A DNA stretch of 64,000 nt, from NCBI GenBank assembly GCA_963674785.1, contig OY771555.1, forward strand, positions 1,952,001-2,016,000. Reading direction: 5' to 3'. A program made the translations under genes and the position numbers. The notes beneath the pieces were generated by a model. It ran no database searches, was not told where the DNA came from, and saw nothing but the letters and a program-made list of their open reading frames with translations. Positions 37,889-48,160 of this stretch are shown here, in pieces; positions within the stretch are counted from its first letter, which is position 1, and the number at the start of each line of letters is the position of its first letter. This DNA is from Caldisericia bacterium. GTDB lineage: Bacteria; Caldisericota; Caldisericia; JAAYUI01.

Positions 37889-38272
37889 ATGAAAAAGCTC
37901 ATTTTAATTGCTCAGGAAACTGTTGAAGCAAGAAAGAGAGTTTTGATGGCGCTTGAACCGCTTTATGAAGAGGGGTATTACCTTTTCTCGTGCTCAAGCG
38001 GTGAGGATATCTTCAAAAAGATACCTCTTGGGACTCCATCCCTTATTATTCTAGACCTCGTTCTTCCAGAAATGAACGGGTTTGAGGTCTTAAACCGCCT
38101 TCGGGCAAACCCAAGAACAGCTGAAATTCCAGCGATGGTTCTCGTCTCACCTACCCAGGGGATTTTTAAACTTATAAGTATTGGTCTTAATTCCACAATA
38201 TTTGCATCACGTCCAACATCCTCAAGCAAATTGCTTGATCTTGTTAAAAAATGTGTGGAGGCACCAAGATGA
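37889..38272 (+). CDS. Stand-alone CheY-like receiver protein (atypical)
   Basis: LIILDLVLPEMNGFEVL..LR..PRT..IP; lacks the acidic DD pocket and conserved Lys. Confidence 0.75.
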   Translation: MKKLILIAQETVEARKRVLMALEPLYEEGYYLFSCSSGEDIFKKIPLGTPSLIILDLVLPEMNGFEVLNRLRANPRTAEIPAMVLVSPTQGIFKLISIGLNSTIFASRPTSSSKLLDLVKKCVEAPR

Positions 38273-39165
38273 TCGATATTACCAAAATTTATCCCGAACA
38301 TGGAGATTTTGCTCCTCTTGAAGACAGCTACTCTGATAACCCATCTAACGCTATCTACACCATGAGAACCAGGTTACAATCAGGAATCCTCAGAGCAGAT
38401 TTCTCAAACTCTACATTTGGTGTCCTTCTTTACAAAGGAAGACCTCTTATATCGACATACCAATCTGAAAAGGAATTCAAGTTTGGAACCGAGGCCTTAA
38501 ACAAAGCCGAGGAAGCCCATAAAAATGAGAATTCAACCGGTGCCTATAAGGTTGCAGATATTGACCCTCTTGTTGTTGAGTGTTTCTCTGCACTTTTTTC
38601 AAGATACCCAGTCTTTAGAAACTTTAACCCACAGATACTCATTATCGATGAGCTTTTTAATCGAATGGTTTATGAAAAATTTACTGGAAGCATCTGTCTT
38701 ACAACCCCAAATGACTACGTCATTTTGTATGTTTCCTCAGGAAATCTTCTTGATACTGAAAAAGGAAAGATCAACGACAGATACCCAATTAACGAATCTC
38801 CAGTGACAGAAAACATGGCAAAAGCTGTGACTCTTATGAGTGATCCTTCTGCATCTCTGGATATCTATGAAATACCAGAGAACCTCTACTCTGAGCTCAC
38901 AACCTGGCAGTATGGTATTCCATTTAAAACACCTGTCAGCATCAACCTTCTTATCGATGAGCTGATGGACATCTCGAGAGATGAGCTTAAAGGGAAAAGC
39001 ACATTCTTCGATAAACACCTGCAAGAGATTGGCAACGATATTGCTGACATCGAAGATTTCTGTAATAACTTAGAAAATTATCTTGACATAGAGCTTTCAA
39101 GAAGGGTTCTTATCAGCCTCACAGATAAGCTTTTAAATGCCATCTCAGCATTCAAAAACAAATAG
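38269..39165 (+). CDS. Hypothetical protein with two DUF4388/PATAN-like repeats
   Basis: LQSGILR....GVLLYKGRP and KFTGSICL....ILYVSSGNL; ATGA overlap with the receiver gene. Confidence 0.55.
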   Translation: MIDITKIYPEHGDFAPLEDSYSDNPSNAIYTMRTRLQSGILRADFSNSTFGVLLYKGRPLISTYQSEKEFKFGTEALNKAEEAHKNENSTGAYKVADIDPLVVECFSALFSRYPVFRNFNPQILIIDELFNRMVYEKFTGSICLTTPNDYVILYVSSGNLLDTEKGKINDRYPINESPVTENMAKAVTLMSDPSASLDIYEIPENLYSELTTWQYGIPFKTPVSINLLIDELMDISRDELKGKSTFFDKHLQEIGNDIADIEDFCNNLENYLDIELSRRVLISLTDKLLNAISAFKNK

Positions 39166-39970
39166 TCTTTGTCAGATAATACTTGAGGTTGAGTTTTTTT
39201 ATAACAGATTCATCTAAGACATGATTCTCTTTTGGTTCTGCAAAAATGGTTGAACCAGAACCTGTCATTGAAACCACCTCAAACAATCTAGTTTTATTTA
39301 TCTTTTCTATAATTTCTTCAACTTCAGGCAACAATCTTTTTGCGGCATCAAAAAGAGAATTACATGGCTGAGTTATTCTTTTTTCTATTTCAGGAATCAC
39401 TGCATTAACAGGATTCCTATCGAACTCCTCATAAACATCTTTGGTAGAAAGGGATTTTTCAGGACAAAATAGAACAAGTATTTTTTCAGGTAAACTCAAT
39501 TTCTCTATCAATTCACCTGTCCCAAAAACTCTCATCCATCCAGGGTTCATAAATATTGGTAAATCTGAACCAACTTTTTTTGCAATATCAACTATCTCAG
39601 AATCAGAGACGTCAATCCCCAAAAGCTTTATTAGCTCAAGAATGGTTGACATTGCATTTGAAGAACCTCCACCTAAACCAGCTCCATGTGGGATATTTTT
39701 TTTGATTCTTACTGTAACTCTCTTGCTGATATTAAAACGTTCAAAAAAAAGGTTTACCGCTTTCCATACAATATTTTTTTCACCTGGCGCAACATCACAA
39801 AAAACCTCAACACCACTGCCATCAGCCAATTCTAGACTAATTTCATCGAACAAATCGATCGTACTTACTATCGAATCAATCTGATGGAGAGAAGAACCTA
39901 CAGGCTTCGGGAAAACATACAAATCCCAGTTTATCTTTGCGTATGATTTAAACTGGGATGAAACCGGCAA
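39152..39970 (-). CDS. ispE: 4-diphosphocytidyl-2-C-methyl-D-erythritol kinase
   Basis: AKIN.DL, KNIP.GAGLGGGSSNA, GSD.P, MTGSGST; start (TTG 39970) approximate. Confidence 0.92.
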   Translation of the reverse strand: MPVSSQFKSYAKINWDLYVFPKPVGSSLHQIDSIVSTIDLFDEISLELADGSGVEVFCDVAPGEKNIVWKAVNLFFERFNISKRVTVRIKKNIPHGAGLGGGSSNAMSTILELIKLLGIDVSDSEIVDIAKKVGSDLPIFMNPGWMRVFGTGELIEKLSLPEKILVLFCPEKSLSTKDVYEEFDRNPVNAVIPEIEKRITQPCNSLFDAAKRLLPEVEEIIEKINKTRLFEVVSMTGSGSTIFAEPKENHVLDESVIKKLNLKYYLTKTICF

Positions 39971-40772
39971 GTCTTTTGAATTGTTCAACTGTGAGCTCTT
40001 CCCCTCTAATGTTTTTATCAAGACCTAAAAAAGACATCGCAGAATAAACATCTTGGGTGGCAAAACCAGCCTCGGTAAGTGAATTAACAAGCATCTTTCT
40101 TCGAAGCATAAATGCTCCCTCAACAACCTTTAAAAAATGTTCCTCAGCAACAACCGGAAGTCTTGGTATCTCAGGGGGAGATAATTTCACAAAAGATGAA
40201 CCAACATTTGGTTTTGGGAAAAACGAACTTGCATGCACTTTGAACAAAACTTTTGTGTCAAATGCATACTGAGCAAAAACAGAAAAAGCTGTATATTCAC
40301 GAGTTTTGGGTTTTGCTTTGAGATGATTTACTATGTCATCCGGCAACATAAAGTACGCATTTGCTGTCGGTACTTGATTTGACCACTGTCTGATTATCGC
40401 AGATGCACAATAATAGGGGAGATTACCAATCACCTTCGTTGGATTCATTGATCTCATATCCAACTGCAAAACGTCATCAAAGATAACTCTTATATTTTTA
40501 AATTCCTCTGTGTTTCTTAGAAGTAGGGGGCGAAGATTTGTATCAATTTCAACCGCAATAACACTATGAACAATTTCTGCAATCGAGGTTGTTAGACAAC
40601 CAGTCCCAGCACCAATCTCTAAAATCCAATCTGATCTATCAAGCGAAGATGAGACGATAATCTTGTCAATTATTGTTTTGTCATGGCAAAAGTTCTGACC
40701 ATACTTCTTTCGTAGTCGGATTTCGTATTCGTTTAGATCATTTCTTAATGCTTTCAAGCCGTCCGAGGACAT
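39948..40772 (-). CDS. rsmA: 16S rRNA dimethyladenosine transferase
   Basis: KKYGQNF, LEIG.G.G.LT, VEID, GNLPY, F.PKPNV.S, RRK.L.N. Confidence 0.95.
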   Translation of the reverse strand: MSSDGLKALRNDLNEYEIRLRKKYGQNFCHDKTIIDKIIVSSSLDRSDWILEIGAGTGCLTTSIAEIVHSVIAVEIDTNLRPLLLRNTEEFKNIRVIFDDVLQLDMRSMNPTKVIGNLPYYCASAIIRQWSNQVPTANAYFMLPDDIVNHLKAKPKTREYTAFSVFAQYAFDTKVLFKVHASSFFPKPNVGSSFVKLSPPEIPRLPVVAEEHFLKVVEGAFMLRRKMLVNSLTEAGFATQDVYSAMSFLGLDKNIRGEELTVEQFKRLAGFIPV

Positions 40773-41676
40773 AAACTTTCACCTTCCTTCTTCCCCACGA
40801 AAGAGCTGATTTTTTATCATAAAAGAAAACATCAACTCTTCCCGGGCCGATTGCTCCGCCACAGTCCCCAGCAATGGCATAACCGTACCCCTCAATGTAT
40901 AACTGAGTATAGTATGGAATCTGTTTCGGGTAAACTGCAACAACACCAAAACCAGATTTTAGTCCAGTCGCACAAACAGTAGGATCAGAATCGCATTCTT
41001 CGACAGTTGGAGTATATGCAGTTGACTCTAAAACAAGCATATCCTCATAAAATGCTGGTATCCCCGAATTTTTTCCAGATAAAAAATCTCCAACTGATTG
41101 TTTAACCTTTGTTGATGAAATTAATTGTTCGGACACAAACTCATCGTTTTCATAAATTTGAAGATATTTTTTTTGAATAACAAATCCAGCATCAGAATTA
41201 TTTATTATTATTTCTTTTCCGATATTTCGATTTTCTGGTTTATAGATAAAATCATAAGGAATAGCAATATCTTCTATTCGTTCTTCATGTCTCACTCTGA
41301 TCAGTTTTTGTTCTAAAACTCCTGTTTCTGGGTTTAAAACTTTTTCGAATCTGTCATATTTTGAAATATTGAGTTTTACTTCTTCTGGAGTAACACCATC
41401 TTTTGAAAAAAAACTATAAGAATCTTTGCCATCGGTTATTTTAACGACCCTTCTCGACTCCAAAGAGTATATTTCCCCATCATTGAGTCTTGTATCATAG
41501 AAAGATATCAACCTAAAAGAAATGTCTTTCAGATTCTTGTGGTAGGTTGTCAAAACCTCAACCTGATCATCAATTTCTAATCCAATTGAAATAACGGAAG
41601 AAACCCCGAAAAACAGGAGCAAAACCGTTAGAATTCCAATTAACCAATTTGAAATGTAAAATTCGTTTTTACTCAC
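40738..41676 (-). CDS. Membrane-anchored G5/3D-domain protein (YabE-like)
   Basis: N-terminal TM segment; STAY, VAV.P..IP....LYIEGYG.AIAGDCGGAI...RVD; yabE-rsmA-ispE synteny. Confidence 0.8.
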   Translation of the reverse strand: MSKNEFYISNWLIGILTVLLLFFGVSSVISIGLEIDDQVEVLTTYHKNLKDISFRLISFYDTRLNDGEIYSLESRRVVKITDGKDSYSFFSKDGVTPEEVKLNISKYDRFEKVLNPETGVLEQKLIRVRHEERIEDIAIPYDFIYKPENRNIGKEIIINNSDAGFVIQKKYLQIYENDEFVSEQLISSTKVKQSVGDFLSGKNSGIPAFYEDMLVLESTAYTPTVEECDSDPTVCATGLKSGFGVVAVYPKQIPYYTQLYIEGYGYAIAGDCGGAIGPGRVDVFFYDKKSALSWGRRKVKVYVLGRLESIKK

Positions 41677-41704
41677 TTCACAATCACCAGAAAATATGTA
41701 ATAT
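41677..41704 (+). promoter_or_regulatory. Promoter TTCACA-N16-TAATAT, likely leaderless
   Basis: -10 is 7 nt before in-frame GTG 41712. Confidence 0.6.
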
Positions 41705-41730
41705 ATTAGCCGTGAATATAATACTGTCAA
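41703..41730 (-). promoter_or_regulatory. Promoter TTGACA-N16-TAATAT for 3D-rsmA-ispE
   Basis: Perfect -35; overlaps the divergent promoter. Confidence 0.7.
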
Positions 41731-43130
41731 AACAAGAGTTGATAAAGAAGGCAAAAGAAGTCTTAAAATCGGTTGTCGGGGATATAAGAATTCACCCTGA
41801 ATCTATGATTGTTGGTGGAACTGTTAGGGATATTCTTCTTGGAAGAACCCCCAAAGACATTGATATTGCTACTCCGGAGACAACTGAACTGGTAAGAATA
41901 CTTACTGAAAAAGGTTTCACCCACGTTCTTTTGGATGAAGATAGGGACATTCATCGTATGGTGAAAAACGGCACACATGTCGATATCACACCTTTGAAAG
42001 AGGGCAACATTACAGACCTTCTCACACGTGATTTCACGATAAACGCTATCGGAATCATCATCAAAACATGGCAAGTTCTCGATCCGCAAAAAGGATTACC
42101 GGATTTATCAAAAGGACTGATAAGAACCCTTAACGAAGAAAGATTTATCAACGATCCACTTAGGATGATCAGGGCTTTTAGGATTGCAGCTGACATTAAC
42201 TTCCAAATTGATCCTGTAACGCTCAGAATGATTACCAAGCATTCACATCTTATAAACACAACAAGTATGGAACGTATAAGAGAAGAGCTTTGCTGGACTT
42301 TTGAAGCTCCTATGTCGTTTCGATTACTTGAGGGTTTAAATAGATCACATCTATTAGATCGAATCCTACCCGAGTTTTCAAAGGTCAAACGGGTGCCATC
42401 AAACTCACCCCAAATGACAGGTCTTGCAGAACACCTTCTTTGGACATACAAGTACTTTGAAGATATAATGGCCAACCTTGATGATGTACTTCTTGAACAT
42501 GCAGACTCGGCAAGAGAGCTGCTCTGCAAAGAAATCGGTGGAGGTCATTCTCTCTTCATTATTGTTAAGTTAACTGCTCTGCTTCATGACATCGGTAAAC
42601 CACAAACCATGACAACTGATGATAATGTTCACTTCATTGGTCACGATGAAGTTGGAGCAAAAATGATTTCTGAGCGCATGAAAAAACTTAGGTTTTCTAG
42701 TGCAGAGATCGCCGTTGCAGAGACACTCGTCAAAGAACACATGAGACCACACAACCTCGCCAAACTTGATAAGGTCTCAAAACGAGCGATTTACAGATTC
42801 TTCAGAGACCTCGATTATCTTGCAATCCCAAGTCTTTTAATTGCTCTTGCCGATGCCTATGCAACCGAGATGTTACCCTGGGGTTCACTTGAAGCTTATG
42901 CTGAATTCATAAGGGCAATGATCTCTGAGTCAATTGTAATTGGCAAACCAAAACCAATTCTTTCCGGTAAAGACATAATGAAAAAACTCTCACTTGAACC
43001 TGGTCCGATGGTTGGAAAGATACAAACTGACCTACTTGAAGCACAGGCTCTTGGAAAAATTCAAACAGAAAAAGAAGCTTTGACCTTCATAAAGGAAAGG
43101 TTTGATTCATATGAATCAAAAAAGAAATAG
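41712..43130 (+). CDS. tRNA nucleotidyltransferase/poly(A) polymerase family protein with HD domain
   Basis: VGG.VRD.LLG..PKDIDI, DL..RDFTINA, DPLRM.RA.R, ERI.EE, LLHDIGK, GHD.VG; CCA versus CC/A specificity not resolvable. Confidence 0.88.
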   Translation: MNIILSKQELIKKAKEVLKSVVGDIRIHPESMIVGGTVRDILLGRTPKDIDIATPETTELVRILTEKGFTHVLLDEDRDIHRMVKNGTHVDITPLKEGNITDLLTRDFTINAIGIIIKTWQVLDPQKGLPDLSKGLIRTLNEERFINDPLRMIRAFRIAADINFQIDPVTLRMITKHSHLINTTSMERIREELCWTFEAPMSFRLLEGLNRSHLLDRILPEFSKVKRVPSNSPQMTGLAEHLLWTYKYFEDIMANLDDVLLEHADSARELLCKEIGGGHSLFIIVKLTALLHDIGKPQTMTTDDNVHFIGHDEVGAKMISERMKKLRFSSAEIAVAETLVKEHMRPHNLAKLDKVSKRAIYRFFRDLDYLAIPSLLIALADAYATEMLPWGSLEAYAEFIRAMISESIVIGKPKPILSGKDIMKKLSLEPGPMVGKIQTDLLEAQALGKIQTEKEALTFIKERFDSYESKKK

Positions 43131-44172
43131 GTTTTCACCTCTGATCGATAACCTTGAAAAACTCATTTTCATCAACTCTCCATCGGGATACGAAAGTGAA
43201 ATTCAAGAGTTTTTCAAAGAGGTTCTTTCTGGCTCCAACTTAAAAACATGGAGCGATGGAAGAAACGCATACGGAATAATTGGAAACCTCAAAAACGATA
43301 AACCTCGAATTCTGATTTCAGCCCACTGTGATGAAATATGCATGCATGTAAAAAGTATCACCGAAGAGGGATTCATAACGATCACAGAAAACACTGGATT
43401 TAAAAAAGTTCTTCCAGGATTAGAAGTCGTTGTTAAAGGTAAGAAGGATATCCCCGCAGTCATTGGAAGCAAACCACCTCATCTTCTTTGTGCTGGAGAA
43501 ACAGCGAAGCTCAACCCAATTGATGGTCTTCTCGTTGATACTGGTTTATCAAGAGCCGAAATTATCGAATCGATATCTGTCGGCGACCCTGTGCTTTATA
43601 GAAAACAGTTTCTTGAACTGAAAAACAACAGGTTTGCCGGGACTGGAATTGATAACAAGGTTAGTGTTGAGATACTCATCGAGCTTGCAAAAAAGCTTGC
43701 AAATGTCAATCTTCCAGTAAATGTTATTTTTGCCTGTACTTCATTTGAAGAGATCGGAAGCATGGGGGCATCACTTGCATTTGAAAACATCAAACCAGAC
43801 ATAGCATTATCAATTGACACTTTCAGCGCAAACCAATTTGGTAATAAAACTCTCAATAATTCAGAGATTATCAACAACCTCCATATCGGAAATGGTGCAT
43901 TGATGAATCAAGAGATTTCAGATGCCCTATTTGAAACCGCAAAAAACCTAAAAATCAAAACAAATAACATGATTTTTGAAGGACTTGGTGGCGAGATAAA
44001 AAAATATATTTTCACCGATCTTGGTTGTCCATCAGGAATCCTCTCCCTGCCAATTAGAAACCTTCATCAACCAGTCGAGATGTTTGATGCAAACATGGCT
44101 TACGACTGCATTTCTGTGCTTGATGAATTCTTAAGGGGAGTACCAGAGAATCTGAAAGGGCTGATGGCATAA
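43111..44172 (+). CDS. M42 aminopeptidase (TET family) subunit 1
   Basis: SPSGYE, AHCDE, KPPH, DNK, FEEIG, H. Confidence 0.85.
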   Translation: MNQKRNRFSPLIDNLEKLIFINSPSGYESEIQEFFKEVLSGSNLKTWSDGRNAYGIIGNLKNDKPRILISAHCDEICMHVKSITEEGFITITENTGFKKVLPGLEVVVKGKKDIPAVIGSKPPHLLCAGETAKLNPIDGLLVDTGLSRAEIIESISVGDPVLYRKQFLELKNNRFAGTGIDNKVSVEILIELAKKLANVNLPVNVIFACTSFEEIGSMGASLAFENIKPDIALSIDTFSANQFGNKTLNNSEIINNLHIGNGALMNQEISDALFETAKNLKIKTNNMIFEGLGGEIKKYIFTDLGCPSGILSLPIRNLHQPVEMFDANMAYDCISVLDEFLRGVPENLKGLMA

Positions 44173-45212
44173 TGGAATTACTAAGAAAACTTTCAGATGT
44201 CTTTGGACCACCTGGAGCTGAAAGTGAAGTCCGAGATGTATTAATAGAATACATTACCAGCAAAATGGACATACCGCATGAGATTGACAACCTCGGAAGT
44301 CTATATTTCGTAAAAAAAGGCAAAGTAGATAAACCTGTCATAATGCTTGATGGTCATATGGACGAAGTTGGTCTTTTTGTCGTTGGGCACACTTCTGATG
44401 GGTACCTGCAGTTCAGAGGTGCAGGAGGACTCGACCCAAGAGTTCTTCCTGGAAAAAGCGTTCTTATTGGTAAAGAAAGAATTCCAGGAATAATCGGAAC
44501 CACCCCACCACATTGTGAACTCAGAAAACCCATTACCCAGAGAGACAAAACAACTCCCATTGAAGGGCATGCGATCGACATCGGGGCAAACTCCAAAGAT
44601 GAAGCAATATCAATAGCCCCAAAAAACACTCGAATAATGTTTAATACCCAGTTTGAAGATTGGGGAGAAACTCTCAAAGGGAAATCATTTGACGACAGGC
44701 TTGGCTGCTGGGCTATTGCAAGGGTTTTTACAGAGCTTGAGACAGACTGCACTCTTGTTGCTAGCTTCACAATGGGTGAAGAGATAGGAATGGTTGGGGC
44801 AAGACTTGCTGCAAGAAGATTTAAACCCGATCTCGTTATTGAGCTTGAAGGAACTGCAGCGGGAGATATGCCAGATGTTGCAAATCACATGGTCTGTACA
44901 AAAATGGGTGGCGGCCCAGTGCTCACCTTTGAAGACAGAAGCACCATCATTCCAAGGTACATCAGAAAAGCACTTGAAGAGACCGCAGATATTGAAGGAA
45001 TCCAGTATCAATATAAAGGCACAGTCACAGGTGGCACTAACGCTGGAATAATGCAGTACGAAAACGGTGGCACAAAATGTGTTGTTATCGCAGCAGGATG
45101 TCGATATATTCACGCCCCTGTATCACTTATGAGCAAATCTGATGCAAATAACATTGTTAAGCTAACAAAAGCTTTCATCAAAAGAATTGATGATGGAGAT
45201 GTAGTAATATGA
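44172..45212 (+). CDS. M42 aminopeptidase subunit 2
   Basis: GHMDEVG, GGLDPR, FDDRLG, EEIG, GGTNAG, RYIH. Confidence 0.9.
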   Translation: MELLRKLSDVFGPPGAESEVRDVLIEYITSKMDIPHEIDNLGSLYFVKKGKVDKPVIMLDGHMDEVGLFVVGHTSDGYLQFRGAGGLDPRVLPGKSVLIGKERIPGIIGTTPPHCELRKPITQRDKTTPIEGHAIDIGANSKDEAISIAPKNTRIMFNTQFEDWGETLKGKSFDDRLGCWAIARVFTELETDCTLVASFTMGEEIGMVGARLAARRFKPDLVIELEGTAAGDMPDVANHMVCTKMGGGPVLTFEDRSTIIPRYIRKALEETADIEGIQYQYKGTVTGGTNAGIMQYENGGTKCVVIAAGCRYIHAPVSLMSKSDANNIVKLTKAFIKRIDDGDVVI

Positions 45213-46192
45213 TAGATACAATAAACAAACTAATTCACATTCATTCGCCATCTGGGTCTGAAAACCTTCTCGGAGAGGTTGTCACCGAATCACTAGCGCC
45301 AAAGATATGTGAAATGGATTTCATGGGAAATCTAACATGCAGAGTTGAGGGAGAGGGGACGAAGGTATTAATAGTCTCATCAATGGATGAACCATCGCTT
45401 GTTGCCACCTACATCGAATCAGATGGCTTCATAAGATTTTATCCATCAGGTAATTTGAGGATTTCAGATGTTCTCGGAAGACAAGTTGTTTTTCCATCAG
45501 GAATCTCAGGATATGTAGGTGTCGAAAACAATATGGACATCAAAGAAATCACTGGCTTCGACAAACTCTTCATAGATATTGGAACAAAAAATAAAAAACA
45601 GTCTGCTGAATATGTTGATATTGGTGATCATACATCGTTTAATATCCCGACCAGAGCAGAGGACAATTCGATTCTTGGAAGAGATGACCTCAAACTTCCA
45701 ATCGCCGTTTCAATAGCAACAGCAAATGAAGTTGGACAAACACAGAATAATCTTGTTTTCGCATATGCTGTCCAGGACAAGATTGGCGGACGCGGAGCAG
45801 CAGTAATCACAAACAAGGAAAAACCAGACCTCATAATCAACCTCTGCGTAGCAACTGCAACGGATACACCCGTCCATAAACAGAAAGGCAGTATTTCAAT
45901 AGGAGCCGGACCTGTGTTGATTGCAGATGGCTCGGACATAATGAGACATTATCCTACAAACAACCTCATTAAAGAAATTGCAAGTTCAAGCAACATCCCA
46001 CTTCAAGTAACAGTATCAAATGGGTTAAATGTAACAGAGCAAAGAATGAATAACATTCATGCTGGAATCCCACTTGTCACACTCGCAATACCAGTCAGAA
46101 AATATGGAAAATTCGGTGCAATTGGAGATACAAGAGACGCAGTTGATACTTCAAAATTACTTACTAAGATTCTTAGGAAGAAACTGATGTAG
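45209..46192 (+). CDS. M42 family subunit 3, catalytically degenerate
   Basis: SPSG.E, SSMDE (His lost), LFIDIG, VQDKIG (EE lost), IPVRKY (His lost). Confidence 0.8.
   Translation: MIDTINKLIHIHSPSGSENLLGEVVTESLAPKICEMDFMGNLTCRVEGEGTKVLIVSSMDEPSLVATYIESDGFIRFYPSGNLRISDVLGRQVVFPSGISGYVGVENNMDIKEITGFDKLFIDIGTKNKKQSAEYVDIGDHTSFNIPTRAEDNSILGRDDLKLPIAVSIATANEVGQTQNNLVFAYAVQDKIGGRGAAVITNKEKPDLIINLCVATATDTPVHKQKGSISIGAGPVLIADGSDIMRHYPTNNLIKEIASSSNIPLQVTVSNGLNVTEQRMNNIHAGIPLVTLAIPVRKYGKFGAIGDTRDAVDTSKLLTKILRKKLM
46143..46170 (+). promoter_or_regulatory. Internal promoter TTGATA-N16-TAAGAT for gcvT-tkt
   Basis: Inside the 3' end of M42-3, about 50 nt upstream of the gcvT start. Confidence 0.5.
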
Positions 46193-46221
46193 GAAAGAAT
46201 TCCAATTAAGGAGGAAGTTTG

Positions 46222-47325
46222 ATGAAGAAAACTCCACTTTATGATATTCATGTTGAATCAGGCGCAAAAATGGTGCCTTTTGCAGGCTATGAAATGCCAA
46301 TCCAGTACACATCAATTCTTAAGGAGCACGAAGCTGTAAGAAGTCATGTTGGTTTATTTGATGTCTCACATATGGGTGAGATCGAAATCAAGGGAAAAGA
46401 TGCTGTAAAACTCGCAGAAACGGTTTGTTCAAACAATGTCAGAGATATGAATCCTGGTGACATCAAGTACACAGTGCTTTGCAACAAAGATGGCGGTGTG
46501 ATTGACGACCTTTTCATTCACTATATAAGCAAAAACAACATCTTCCTGGTTGTGAATGCAAGCAATGTTGATAAAGATTTTGCATGGATCAAGTCCCATG
46601 AAACAGATGGTGCAAAAGTAACAAATCTTTCAGATGAATACGCTGAACTCGCACTGCAGGGACCAGATGCCTATAAGGTGATTGAGAAAATTACAGATTT
46701 TGATGCACCAAGTCTTCCATATTTTACATTCACCGAAAACAAGGTCAGTGGAATGCCTGCACTTATAGCAAGAACTGGGTACACCGGTGAAGATGGCTTT
46801 GAGCTCTATGTAAAAAATGAGTACGCCAAAGAGCTTTGGAAGGCTGTCATGGAAGCAGGTAAAGAGTTTAATATTCAGCCAATCGGACTGGGTGCAAGAG
46901 ACACTCTCAGGTTTGAAGTAAACTACTGGCTTTATGGCAATGAGCTCAGTGAAACTATCAGTCCACTTGATGCTGGTCAGAAATTTGTTCTTGATTTTGA
47001 AAAAGATTTCATTGGGAAAGATGCCATCCTAAAATACAAAGAAGATGGTAGAAAAATGAAACTCATCAGTCTCAAGATGCTCGAAAAAGGCGGAATTCCA
47101 AGACACGAACATAAGGTTTTTGATGGAGATAAAGAAATCGGTTTTATAACCTCTGGCGGAATGCTCCCAAGTGCTGGTTATATTGGAGCTATGGCATATG
47201 TTCCATTTGGAAAAGGCTACAAATCAGGCGAAAATATACAGGTTGATATTCGCGGGAAAAAACTTCAAGCAGAAATAATCAAGAAGCCATTTTATAAAGG
47301 AACTGCAGGAAAGGTTAGAAAGTGA
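46222..47325 (+). CDS. gcvT: Glycine cleavage system aminomethyltransferase T
   Basis: KTPLY, FAGYEMP, GLFDVSHMG, ALQGP, RTGYTGEDGFE, GLGARDTLRFE. Confidence 0.96.
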   Translation: MKKTPLYDIHVESGAKMVPFAGYEMPIQYTSILKEHEAVRSHVGLFDVSHMGEIEIKGKDAVKLAETVCSNNVRDMNPGDIKYTVLCNKDGGVIDDLFIHYISKNNIFLVVNASNVDKDFAWIKSHETDGAKVTNLSDEYAELALQGPDAYKVIEKITDFDAPSLPYFTFTENKVSGMPALIARTGYTGEDGFELYVKNEYAKELWKAVMEAGKEFNIQPIGLGARDTLRFEVNYWLYGNELSETISPLDAGQKFVLDFEKDFIGKDAILKYKEDGRKMKLISLKMLEKGGIPRHEHKVFDGDKEIGFITSGGMLPSAGYIGAMAYVPFGKGYKSGENIQVDIRGKKLQAEIIKKPFYKGTAGKVRK

Positions 47326-48134
47326 GCAAAATCGAAGAACTCGAGCAGGTTTCAAAGCAAATTAGAAAAGATATTGTTTCGATGGTTCATGGTGCTGGAT
47401 CAGGTCACCCTGGTGGATCACTTTCGGCAACTGACCTCATGACGGCACTTTATTTTGATGTTGCAAACATTGACCCCAACAATCCAGAAAATCCCAACAG
47501 AGACCGTATAATCTACTCAAAAGCCCATGTTACTCCGCTTATATACTCTCTTCTCGCTCGAAGAGGTTTTTTCGATCCAAAAGACCTTGATACATTCAGA
47601 AAGTTCAAATCAAGTCTACAGGGACATCCTCACATTAAGTGTCTTCCCGGAATCGAATCATCAGGCGGATCCCTTGGCCAAGGAATCTCTGTTGCAATAG
47701 GGTTGGCACTCGCCGCAAAACTGGACAAACTTGATCATCGTGTTTACTGTATCCTTGGTGATGGCGAACACCAAGAAGGTGAAGTCTGGGAAGCCTATAT
47801 GTCAGCAGCCCACTACAAACTTGATAATCTCACGATAATTGTAGACAAGAATGGTCTAGAGATCGATGGTTTTACTAAGGATGTTATGAATATCGATCCA
47901 TTGAACAAAAAACTTGCATCATTTGGACTCGAAGTAATTGAAGTCGACGGACACAGTTTTGAATCGATCCTCGATGGTTTCAAAAAAGCAAAAGAGATAA
48001 AAGGCAAACCTCAAGCAATAATCGCGGATACTGTCAAGGGCAAAGGTGTATCATTTATGGAAAATGAAGCCGGGTGGCACGGCAAAGCACCTGATGCTGA
48101 CCAGATAAAAGTTGCCCTATCTGAGCTTGAGTAA
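47322..48134 (+). CDS. Transketolase, N-terminal (TPP-binding) subunit
   Basis: GSGHPGGSLS, LQGHP, GSLGQG, GDGE..EG..WEA, KGKGVSFMEN...WHG. Confidence 0.93.
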   Translation: MSKIEELEQVSKQIRKDIVSMVHGAGSGHPGGSLSATDLMTALYFDVANIDPNNPENPNRDRIIYSKAHVTPLIYSLLARRGFFDPKDLDTFRKFKSSLQGHPHIKCLPGIESSGGSLGQGISVAIGLALAAKLDKLDHRVYCILGDGEHQEGEVWEAYMSAAHYKLDNLTIIVDKNGLEIDGFTKDVMNIDPLNKKLASFGLEVIEVDGHSFESILDGFKKAKEIKGKPQAIIADTVKGKGVSFMENEAGWHGKAPDADQIKVALSELE

Positions 48135-48160
48135 TTCAAAATAAAAATCAAACAACAACA

